From assembly GCA_035221665.1 (NCBI GenBank), contig CM069145.1, positions 42,532,001-42,596,000 on the forward strand: 64,000 nucleotides of DNA, given 5' to 3'. The DNA comes from Okamejei kenojei (taxonomy: Eukaryota). Below, piece by piece: positions 53,461-64,000 of the stretch. The first letter of the stretch is position 1. Each line of letters opens with the position of its first letter. The position numbers were made by a program, and so were the translations under genes. The notes under the pieces were generated by a model that worked only from the letters and a program-made list of their open reading frames with translations, searched no databases and was not told the DNA's origin.

Positions 53461-56400
53461 ATGACCATATGACTCTAATACTGGAACTGGAGCAGATCTT
53501 TCCACACCCCTTACCTGCTCCACCGTTCAATCAGTTTATGGCTGATCATTGGCACTTTCTCGCAATAACCCAAATCCTCCGATTTCCTTCATCCCTAAAG
53601 GGATATAAAGAGTGGCATCAAAATGGAAGAGGATGCTCTAATGAATATAACCGAGTGCTAAGCATAAGTATGGGTCAGTCATTTAAAAGACCCTTGGACC
53701 GACACATGGATAGGAAATGTTTGGAGGGATATGGGCCAGGCACAGGAGCTGGCTGCTCTTGAAAATGATGCCAGTCCTCTAGCTTTCACTTTGACCGTCT
53801 TCCCAACCAACTATTCAAGCGCTTTTGAATGCAACATGCACTTTAATTTAGTTCAACAACGAAAATGATGTAACAGAATACCCAAAGGGACGAGCAACAG
53901 TTATGTAACTTGGTTGGCATGGATGAGTTGGGCCTAAGAGCCAGTTTCCATCCTGTATAAGTTATATAACTCCATGTGCTGTGGGCTTTCTGGAAGGCAG
54001 TACAGAAAAGCAACTTGGTTGCAGAAGGGCTCTCTGCTGAGTGTGAAATGCCAGAGGAGATTCCCGTGCTCAATTCTTGGACTCACTAACGGCTTCCTAC
54101 ATTCACCACCTAGATGAGCAAACCTCAGCATTGACCTCTCCCCCCCCCCCCCCCCCCCCACCCCGAGCGGGCCATACGGTTTGAAGGTCTGTCGCTCAGT
54201 CGGCGGTTGAAACCAAGATGCCAGGTCCTGCTGAACGCTTCAACTCAGGCTGCCCAATGTGTAACCATGACTTCAGCAACATCATATTTCACTTGGGTAG
54301 CTTACACTTCGATAAAACCAGCATCTGTAGTTCTTTCCTACACCTTTCTCATCTCCAGGTTCAGTTTAGTTTATTGTCACGTGTACCGAGGTACAGTGAA
54401 AAGCTATTGATGCGTGCTAACCAGTCAGCTGAACGGCTGTACATGATTACAATCGAGCTGGACACAGTGTACGGATTCAGGATGAAGGCAATAACGTTTA
54501 GTGCAAAGCCTAGTAAAGTTCAATTAAAGATAGTCTGAGGGTCTCCAATGATGGTCACTCCCTATTTGGTAATAGGATAGTTAATTTGCCTGATAACTGC
54601 TGGGAAGGAACTGTCCCTGAATCTGGAGGTCTGTGTTTTCACACTTCTGTACCTCTTGCCCGATGGGTGAAGGGAGGAGGAGTGACTGGGGTGAGACTGG
54701 TCCTTGATTATGCTGGTGGCCTTGCCAAGGCAGCGTGAGGTGCAGATGCAGTCAATGGAAGGGTGGTTGGTTTGTGTGATTATCTGGGATGCGTCCACAA
54801 TTCTCTGCAATTTCTTGCGTAGTAGTCTCTCTTTTTCTCTTTAGTTCCCCAATTTTACCACCTCTATTGCATCCTTTTGAATTCTATCCCTGAAGGACAT
54901 CAAACTGAAACGTCATTTGTCCATTACGTCCACAGATGCTGCCTGACCTGCTGAGTTCCTCCAGCTCCTTGTGTGTTGGTGAGAGGTGTCATGGCATCCG
55001 TGTGCAGAGATCAACAAAGTGGATAAACCCCTTGTAAAGGGACATGGATACAAAGGAGAAGGGTCTATCTCAAAGTGAACTGGCGAGTTGGAGGTGATCA
55101 GGCAGTTTTGTTACGTACACTGCCTGTTCTCCTCTCAGGAGTTCCCAAAAGAATGTAGTTGAAGAAAAGTCTCGGTACCAGCCCAGTGGGTTTGAAAGAG
55201 TATGTTTAAAAAAGATACTGGGAATCATAGTTGGTGGAAGGGGGGGGGGGGGGGGGGGGGGGGAGGGAAGCGGCTCGTCCCAATTGCGAGTGGGAAAATT
55301 CACATGCCAACAAAGCGGAGAACAAAGAGGCACATTGTTTAACCCTTTCACCCAGCCCCTGCTGCTCATGCGGAAACCTCAGAACATCATTAAACCCCGC
55401 TTATTGCACAGGTACCTTTGAATGTATATCTGGGTTTTCCTATAATCAATGCTATAATTCAATTTACAAATGCTTGGGTATTCTTGCCCCATCAGATCGG
55501 CACTGGAGCGGTGGTCCAGGAAAAGTTGTTTTAAAAATCACAATCTTTCTCCATTCATCACTCTAGTTTCTTGAACTTGCTGGATTCATTTCACTCCAGG
55601 TGTGAAGTTACACCGAGACTCTGTCTGGTCTAGAAACAAGGAACTGCAGTTGCTGCCTTGCAAAAAATGTCACAATGCGCTGGAGTAACTCAGCAGGGCG
55701 GACAGCATTTCAGGAGAAAAAGGATGGAAACGTCATCTATCCATGTTTTCCATTTTATTGTCCGCATGACTATTTGTATGAGCACTGCATCTGACATCAC
55801 AGCAACCTGTACGGACGCTATGTCAAAAACCAATAGTAACAAATAGTTTGGTTTTATAGACTCCCGTGACAAATTCCTAATTTCATTTGATGACATAACT
55901 TTTTTTTCTAAAATCCTCCTGCCTTAGGTCAATTTGCTATTTTAAAGGCGTCATGTTTACACACAGAAGGGATAACAAACATGTTCAGCGTGATCAGAAA
56001 TGAGCAGCCTTGTGATCTAAAACAAAGCTTGGAAGTGACTGCAGGGAAGGGCAGAACTCTGTTAAACATCGATGAATAATCTTACTCTTACGTAAGCCTC
56101 ACAAAGGCTAACATTTGATGTCAAATTTTAATTAGAATCACGCAGCATAGAAACAGGCCCCCAACTTGTCCATGGCGACCAAAGTGCTCCATCTATGCTG
56201 GTCCCATTTGCCTGCATTTGACCTTTCTCCCTCTAAATATTTCCTATCCATGTACCGTCCAAATGTCTTTCAAAAATATTATTGTTGCTGCCCCAGTAAC
56301 TCCTCTGGCAGCTTGTTCCATATACCCACCATCTGTGTGACAATAATTGCCCTCAAGTTCTTACTAAATCTATAGAGTTCCTAATACATCTAAAATAGAG

Positions 56401-56579
56401 ATTAATAGATATTTACTGGACATGAGTATTTTAAAAAATGGAGCCTAGATGTGGTCGTTAGAATCACAGATCATTGATGAGCTAGCAGGAGTTAGATCGA
56501 AGGGCTCAATGGCCTCCTCCAGGACATACATGACATGAAACTGTACAGAGTTTGTACTTTCCTGTACAAAATTTGTACC

Positions 56580-56810
56580 TTCCTGTATGGAGTTTGCACG
56601 TTCTCCCTGTGACCCCGTGGTTCTCTCCGGGTGCTCCGGTTTCCTTCCGCACTCCAAAGACGTACAGGTTTGTAGGTTAATTGGCTTCTGTAAATTGTAA
56701 ATTGTCCCTAGTGTACGGGATAGTGCTAGTGTACGGGGTGATCGCTGGTCGGCGCAGACACAGTGGGCCGAAGGGCTTGTTTCAGTGCTGTATCTCTAAA
56801 CTAAACTAAA
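56580..56810 (+). mobile_element. V-SINE, 5'-truncated
   Basis: Well-preserved V-domain and (ctaaa)n tail. Confidence 0.8.
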
Positions 56811-59800
56811 CGTGAAAGGACCAGACTGAAATTGGAGACCATCCTTTAATTACAGACCCCTTTGTACAATGCATTTGGGAAGTTGTCAGACTGTTTCTGT
56901 TGTGGGGTATTTGCAGAATTAGGAAACAATTTGACCTGCTGATTGAAAGGTTAACTCCCTGCTCTGTGCCCACTGCAATTTTGTACATTAACGGATTAAC
57001 AGGAGTCATGTCGCAGGGTTACAATGTGCTACCCAGAATGGTAAAAACGATAAAGCAGGCCACCTGAAAGTGAGGAACAATGTTTCAAACAGATTCAGAT
57101 TGGATTTCCTAGCATTGCCAAAATAGTCAGAGGGTTTTACACAAGTGTTCCCTGTACTTTGGGTGGGGCGGGGGGGGGGGGGGGGGGGAGTGAAAGAACA
57201 TTTCCCACCTCTATCTTTCTGTCTGAAGAAGGGTTCCGACCCAAAACGTCACCTATTCCTTTTTTCCCCCAAAAGATGCTGCCTGACCCGCTGAGTTACT
57301 CCAGTATTTTGTATCTATCTTGAGTATAAACCAGCAACTGCAGTTCCTTCCTACACAAGAGATAGTTAATCAATGGTCGAGAGTGTGTTAGACCATCAGT
57401 GTGCAGGATCACACTTGTGCAAGAATATCCTTGAGCAATACAGAGTGTGAGAATGTGCAAAGGAGTTTTCAGGGATCCTAGTCAGGTGTCTCCGATATTA
57501 ATTATGTCCAGAGTCATGCGTATAGTTTTCACCCAGAGTAAGAGAGGCAAGAGCCAGAAGACATAGGTTTAAGGTGAGAGGGGAAAGATTTCATAGGGAC
57601 TCAAGGGGTAACTTTTTCCACGCAGAGGGTGATGGCATATGAAACGAGCTGTCAGAGGTGGTAGCTGAGGCAGGTACTATAACAACATTTAAAAGAGTGT
57701 TGGACAGGTACATGGATAGGAAAGGTTCAGAAGGAAATGGGCCAAACGCAGGCAGCTGGCACTAGTGTAGATGGGGCATCTTGTTCGGCGAGGGACGAGT
57801 TGGGCCGAAGGGCCTGTTTCTATGCCGCATGATTCTTTGACAGACATCTGGGAGAAAAGCACACGTAAATTATCTTTTTACAATCAGGGATTATTCCTCC
57901 TGAGCAAAACATCAAGGAAGAGTAGACCGTATGGAAAGAGGAAAAGAGATACTAAAAAAAAAAAAAAATGCTGAACTTAAAAATGAAGTTTGGAAAACCA
58001 AACATTCAATCAAGTGGAGCAAGCACAATGTGTCTGGGTAGAAATCCTGGAGGAGGGGAATTTTACTCGCTTTTCGCTTTAGAAATATTCACTTGACTGG
58101 AGCTGCCTGCAGCGTATCAGGATTTCTTTTAGCTGCAGAGCCCTCGCATTGAGCAAAGGCAATACCTTCCTTTACAAAGCCCAGATTCCTCCACTCCCCT
58201 CCGCACAGCCGCTGGGTACGGCTGCGCCTTTTCTCTCTTTTATTTTAACCCCTCTTGTAAAGGTTAAGTTTGTGTGTGTAAATGGTCATGTCGCACAGCT
58301 ATGAGAAACAGCCACCCCCTGCAACTGGGGCAGACGGCGAGCAAAGACAGTGACCTGCAACCCTTGTTACTCCTGCAAAAACAAACAGAGATGGCACTGT
58401 ACCCTCTCCTTATTAACCATCTGTTGCTACCAGTGGTTGCACTGTGCCACAACACAATGCAGCCCGCCTTCCACCGGGCCACCCACAACTAAAGCAAAAG
58501 CCTCCTCCCCCAGCTCCCCTTGTTGCAAGCAAGGGACCCGAAAGCTTCCCTCTGCACCACTCCGACCCTTCAGGAGAACACACAATGCGGCAGGGTTGGA
58601 GGACGATGAGGCATGTTGGAAGTGCAATAAGGCTTTTCAATGCAGCCTGCCTTTCATTGCTGGCTGCGTAGCAACACAGATTTGGTTGACATCATTGTGG
58701 GGATCTAAGCCAGGCTGTGCAGCCTTAAAGAGAAAGGGGAGGGGGTGAAGTTTAACTGATTAAGGTCGAGGTGGGACGCATTGGTGGGTAGGTATGGCTG
58801 CATCGGCTGCGGCACTACAAAGTCATTGTATCAGCTTTTCTTTAAAAAAAAAATCTAAAAGGGAGAACCTTTAAATAACACACAGGGTGCCAAGTAGACT
58901 TGAGGATAAGGCACTGGGGTAAAAATGGGATTCAGGAATTGAGAATACCCAAGAGAGTAGATAAATGTGGAGCATTAAAGGGGAGATCGAAAAAAAATGG
59001 AGGGAGATGGAGAGAAATTACAAACACAAGAAAGAGGAGGAAGGGTCAAGCAATGTGAGAGATTGGGAGGTTTTCCAACGATCCGCAGGGACTTTATTGT
59101 TCACATCCTCTGCTTTTGAAGGCGAGTCAAAGGCAGGGGAGAGGGGTAGACGGGGGGGGGGTAGGGAGGCACCACTACATTATGATGCGCCTCATACTTC
59201 TCCAATGAGGAAAGAATGCTGACCAAATTGATCCTGGGAGACCTCTGCCCTTACTCCAGTAGTCTCCATCTGGACAACTAGCTGAACACTCAGTTTTTTA
59301 CACCCACCGCAAGTAATGGCATCAGGTGCTACTTCCTCAATGTTGCACAGGAGAAGTGAGAAGAGAAGACAACTAGGATGGAGGACAACACTAAGTTTAG
59401 TTTATTATTGTCACATGTACCGGGGTACAGTGAAAAGCTTTGTTTTGCATCCTATCCAAATAGATCAGATATGGCATTCAAGCACTCAAGTAGAATAGGT
59501 AGAGCAAAGGGAAAGGCACAGAGTGCAGAGTATGGCTCTCAGCATTGTAGTGCATCAGTTCCAGGGACAAAGTCCAGTGGGGTAGAGGTGAATCAGACAG
59601 TACCCTAGAATATGGAAGGACTGTTAAAAAGCCTGATTACAGAGGAGAAGAAGCTGTTCTCTAGTCGAATTGCTGAAAAGCTGCCGACTGCGCGGTTCCT
59701 GTGTACGATGCTCATCACAGGTGGATGGACCAGTACTGGGAACAGTTGGCCACTGACTCCCGCAGGGACATCCTCCTCTGCCGATTGTACACCTCCCTCG

Positions 59801-61834
59801 GCCAATATCACTAAAGCACAATCACAATTATTTGCTTGTGGGATCTTCCAAACGAATGATCTGCTGTAATCTCCTACTTTGAAACACTGACTGACCAACA
59901 GAGGTACCTAATCGGCTATAAGCTTCTTTGAGACATCTTGAGTCAGAGTGGAAACAGGCTCTTCGGTCCAACTCATCCATGTTGACCAAGATCCCCATCC
60001 AGGCTATTTGCCTATGCCTGGCTCATATCCCTCTAGACCTTTCCTCTCCATGTACCTGTCCAAATGTCTTTTAAATGTTGTTATAATACCTGCCTCATCT
60101 ACCTCCTAAATGGCAGCACGTTCCATGCATCCACCACCCTGTGTGTGCAAAGTTGCCCTTCAGGTTCATATTAAATTTTTCCACTCACACTTTAAACCTT
60201 TGGCTCTTGATTTCCCCACCCAGGGAAAAAGACTGTACATTCCACTCTATCTGCATCCTCATGCTTTTATACAATGCTACAAGATTACCTCTAAGAAATA
60301 AAGTCCTAACCTTGAGGTACAAAAAAGGGCACATAAATTATTAATTTATTTTGTGATTTATTTGATTGCATCTGATTATCACTATTTATCATTATAATTT
60401 CATTTATCTTTCCCTTTATATCGATCTCGAAGAGTTCAATCAATACCACCGTTTTTTTTTTAAACCAGGAGGTAATGAATTGACATTTAGAGAGGATAGT
60501 CGCATTTTAAATGGCCCTTCTGTTTGAGCTCCCTACACGTCAGACCTCACACTGATGTCGACCCTACCAAAGAATCCACGTCGTTAGACAAAGTACAGGG
60601 AAATTGAAGCATAATCAGAAACAGAGACTGGGGTGTGAAGCTAAAGGAAGATTCTCACCCTTTTACACTTAATCTGAAGACATCAACAGTTTCAGAAATA
60701 GAACAAAAACACTTCAAAGAATGTTTAGATGTCAAAGTAATACTTTAAACAAATGCACACCTTATTCCTCTTGAGCCCCAGCTGCCCTTTGAAGCTAAAC
60801 TTACACAAGCTTCACGTTCTGCCAGACTATTCAGAAGCGATTGTTAGATTTGCTTTTTTTTTTGATATTCTAACTGGCATCAGCTGTGGGCAGGACTCTG
60901 CCGTCTGTAAGTTAAGTGGTTGTGGGTTCTGAGCACACGACCTAGCCTGACACAACTAGTACAACACCTGTGCTGCACGTGGAGATGTTATCTGTATAGG
61001 AGGCAACATCGCACTTAGTCTGGCCACTTAGATCACATTATCGTGAACAAAAATCAGGGATGCTCTCTCCGATATCCTGGCCTACATCTGTCCCTCAATA
61101 ATCATAACTTCAACAGATTTGTGCCATTTATTTTTCTGCTTCCTCTTGCTTTCTGTCGCAATTTGAGTGCCTCGATGTCCCATGAACAAACTTTATAGTG
61201 CTTCAATAGCTGTAAGGTCCTTTGGGGCATCTGAGATTGTGTACGACACAACAGAAACACAAGATTTCCTGTCATTCCCTCTTCTCCACTCTCCCATCGG
61301 ACAAGAGGTACACAAGTGTGAAAACGCAAACTTCCAGATTCAGGGACAGTTTCTTCCCAGCTGTTCTCAGGCAATGGAAATTTTGTTCAGACCTCTGTTT
61401 GTTTGAATGACAATAAAGGCAATTTGTATTTATTTGTAGTTGTCCTATCATCAACCAGAGAGCAGTCTTGACTTACCATCAACCTCATTGGAGATCCTCG
61501 GACTATCTTTAATCGGACTTTATCTTCCACTAAACATTATTCCCTAGTCCATTACCTGTACACTGTCGACAGCTTGATTGTAATCATGCACAGTCGTTTT
61601 GCTGACTAGATTGCACGAAACAAATAGATTTTCGCTGTACCTCGGTATACGTGACAGTTAGTAAACTAAACTCAACTAAAGTACTTAGCTGTGAGGAAGA
61701 CCACAAAGAAAGAATCCAGTCTCTACTCACAAATAACCTTAGGGTTTTGATGCTGGACCAGACTGGAGCTCATGTTCAATGCAATGCATGTAAATAGGTC
61801 AAGCCATTCACAATGATATACAAGCATTATACAA

Positions 61835-62700
61835 ATGCTCAGCTACCGTTCACTGTGGAAACGGGGGTCAAACAGGGATGCATCAACATGTTTGTCGTCT
61901 TCATTGCTGCCATACTTCACCTCATTGGTGAAGAGCTGCCGCAGGGGATCCCAATCCTCTACAGAACTGACAGTGGGCTCTTCAACCTCAATAGGTTGAA
62001 GGCCAAGAGCAAAGTCAGTAACACCGCCATCATGGAGCTTCAGTACGCGGATGACTGTGCCATTGCAGCACACTCTGCAGAAGACCTTCAGGGCATCCTG
62101 AATGCCTTTGCCAAGAGCCATGGGGCTAGCCTTAAATATCAAGAAAACCCAGGTCCTACATCATCCTCCACCCAACCAGCCATTTACCCAGCCCACTATA
62201 AAAGTGGAAGACACCACTCTTGAAAACATTGACCACTTCCCCTACCTTGGCAGGATTTTCTTTCCTCAAAAGCTGACATCGACTCTGAGGTTAACCGTCG
62301 CCTGAGTTATGCCAGCGAAGCCTAAGCCAGACTCAGGAAAAGAGTCTTTGAAGACCGAGACCTAAAGGCTAAAACAGTCTGAAGAAATTCCACATCATAT
62401 CAAGCAACTGGGAGCACACTGCACTGGACAGGCGCTCCTGGAGGAAATCCATACAGGAAGGAGCTGCACTTCACGAAATGGAACTACACCGTGTCGCAGA
62501 GACAAAGCAACAGCACCGTAAGGAGAGAAGGGGGCTTGACGACTACCAACCGCCGCCAGTCTCCAAGGCCCACATTGCACCAAGGTGTGTGAATCGCAGA
62601 TCGGCCTCTACAGACATCTGCAGACCCACAAGTGGACGACCCTATGCAGAGGAGAGGACAGTCGTACTCGTTTTGTGTGACCGCCGATGATAATGACAAG
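61835..62700 (+). mobile_element. RTE-clade LINE fragment
   Basis: FTVETGVKQGC...LFNLNRLKAKSKV...ELQYADDCAIAAHSAEDLQ...GLALNIKKTQVL...HFPYLG. Confidence 0.85.
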
Positions 62701-62974
62701 CGTTATACAAGTTGCTAACCATACCCGATTAAATAAAACATTTACATACATTTAGCCTTCCCATTTCTCAAACAATTAACAATAAAATTTTATTGGCCAG
62801 ATTCATAACTTAATTCCAGTAGCCTCTTGGCATAGAATAGGATGTTTGAAAAAGTCAACAACTAACTTTCCTATTATAGAAACAAGGAACTGTATATGCT
62901 GGCTTCCAAATAAGGTACAGAGTGTTGGAGTAACTCAGCACGTCAGGCAGCATCCCTTGAGAACATGGATAGGT

Positions 62975-63001
62975 GACGTTTCAGGCTGGACCCTTCTTCA
63001 G
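62975..63001 (-). ncRNA. Penelope-type minimal hammerhead ribozyme motif (core intact)
   Basis: Minus strand CTGAAGA-A-GGGT CCA GCCT-GAAAC-GTC. Confidence 0.45.
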
Positions 63002-64000
63002 ATTTGGGTGAGATGGAAGAAAGCTTGAGGAGAGGAGGGGCAGGACAAAGCAGATGGTTGGACAAAGGCTAGAGATAAAAAGACAAATGTGTGAGATAAA
63101 GATAGAATAGGTGTGAATTGTGAAGACAATGGAGGGGAACGTAGGTGTAAGGAGAGCGGGAGGGGGGAAATGGGCGTGGTTGATCTACATCTTATGGTAA
63201 CCATAGACTCCTTCTTCACTGTCCTGCCTCAATTTTGGTGTCATCTTCAAACTTACTAATCATGCTACCTATGTTCCCATCCAAATCACTAACATGTGTG
63301 ACAAATGATGGAAGGCCCAGCATCGATCCCTATGGCACACTACTGCTCGCTGGCCTCCACCTGAAAATCAATCCTTCACTACCACCCTCTGCCTCTTTTC
63401 ACCAAACTATTGTATCCACTTTGCTAACTCACCCTGAATCCCAAGTCTTCTAATCATCCCGATCTGTTACCGCACAGGGCCTTGTTAAAGGCCTTGCTTT
63501 AGTCCAGTTAGGGCTAAGACGACATTGCCACCTCATTAGGTTGGACTGGATTGCACTTCAGTCAGAGGGTGCTTTGAAAGGTCAGTGGTGTCAGAAAGTG
63601 CAATACCAGGCACCATCCGTGCTTTGGTATCTTTGCCAGGTGGGTCTGTACACTTCCGAATCATTGCGGTCAGTAACAAGATGTCTTCTTTGATGTGGTT
63701 CCCCATCTCATCTCTGCAAAGCTTTCAGTAGATAAAGAGAAGGCAAACTTCCAGTTTGGCAAAGAGCAGAGTTTACAAAATTGTTCACCGAGGATGAGGG
63801 TGAGATCACATCAAAAGATCCCACGTTGGAGACCATGCCACATCAAGGAATCCCAGTCATACCACAAGCTACTAGAGCTGGCAGAGTGTTGCAAACAAGG
63901 GGATTGAAGTGATCCAGCCCATCACATTTGATGTTTATCCTCTACCAAACAATGTTTAACACTACATTTAGCACATTCATCAGTCTGAAGAAGGGTCTCG

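Noticed and set aside
63586-63601. TGGTGTCAGAAAGTG resembling a third tRNA-Leu PBS
   Set aside because: Imperfect match, not preceded by an LTR ending in CA, and no retroelement sequence follows

Overview
Vertebrate genomic DNA. The repeat content (HE1-type V-SINEs, CR1, Rex1, Penelope tails) points to a cartilaginous fish, probably a skate or ray; this is an inference. Four spliced genes can be rebuilt with canonical GT-AG introns and consistent phases: the 3' half of OGA/MGEA5 (+, 6 exons, 1476-13194), complete POLL (-, 583 aa, 27649-20553), complete DPCD (+, 203 aa, 30068-39744) and the last three exons of FBXW4 (-, 45008-41256). POLL and DPCD share a GC-rich bidirectional promoter made largely of a 54-bp minisatellite. 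From 45009 to the window end the sequence is apparently one FBXW4 intron, with repeat-free, motif-rich islands that are candidate FGF8 enhancers. The most unusual observations are: (1) a Gypsy LTR element whose gag is inverted relative to its LTRs and pol, and a miniature LTR element, both broken exactly at the end of the tRNA-Leu primer-binding site; (2) a repeat-free, CpG-rich OGA intron with stacked cryptic acceptors and poly(A) signals; (3) many Penelope-type minimal hammerhead ribozyme motifs; (4) a 102-codon upstream ORF overlapping POLL; (5) OGA rather than BTRC lying tail-to-tail with POLL. Homology calls come from recalled sequences, not database searches, and most repeat boundaries are approximate.
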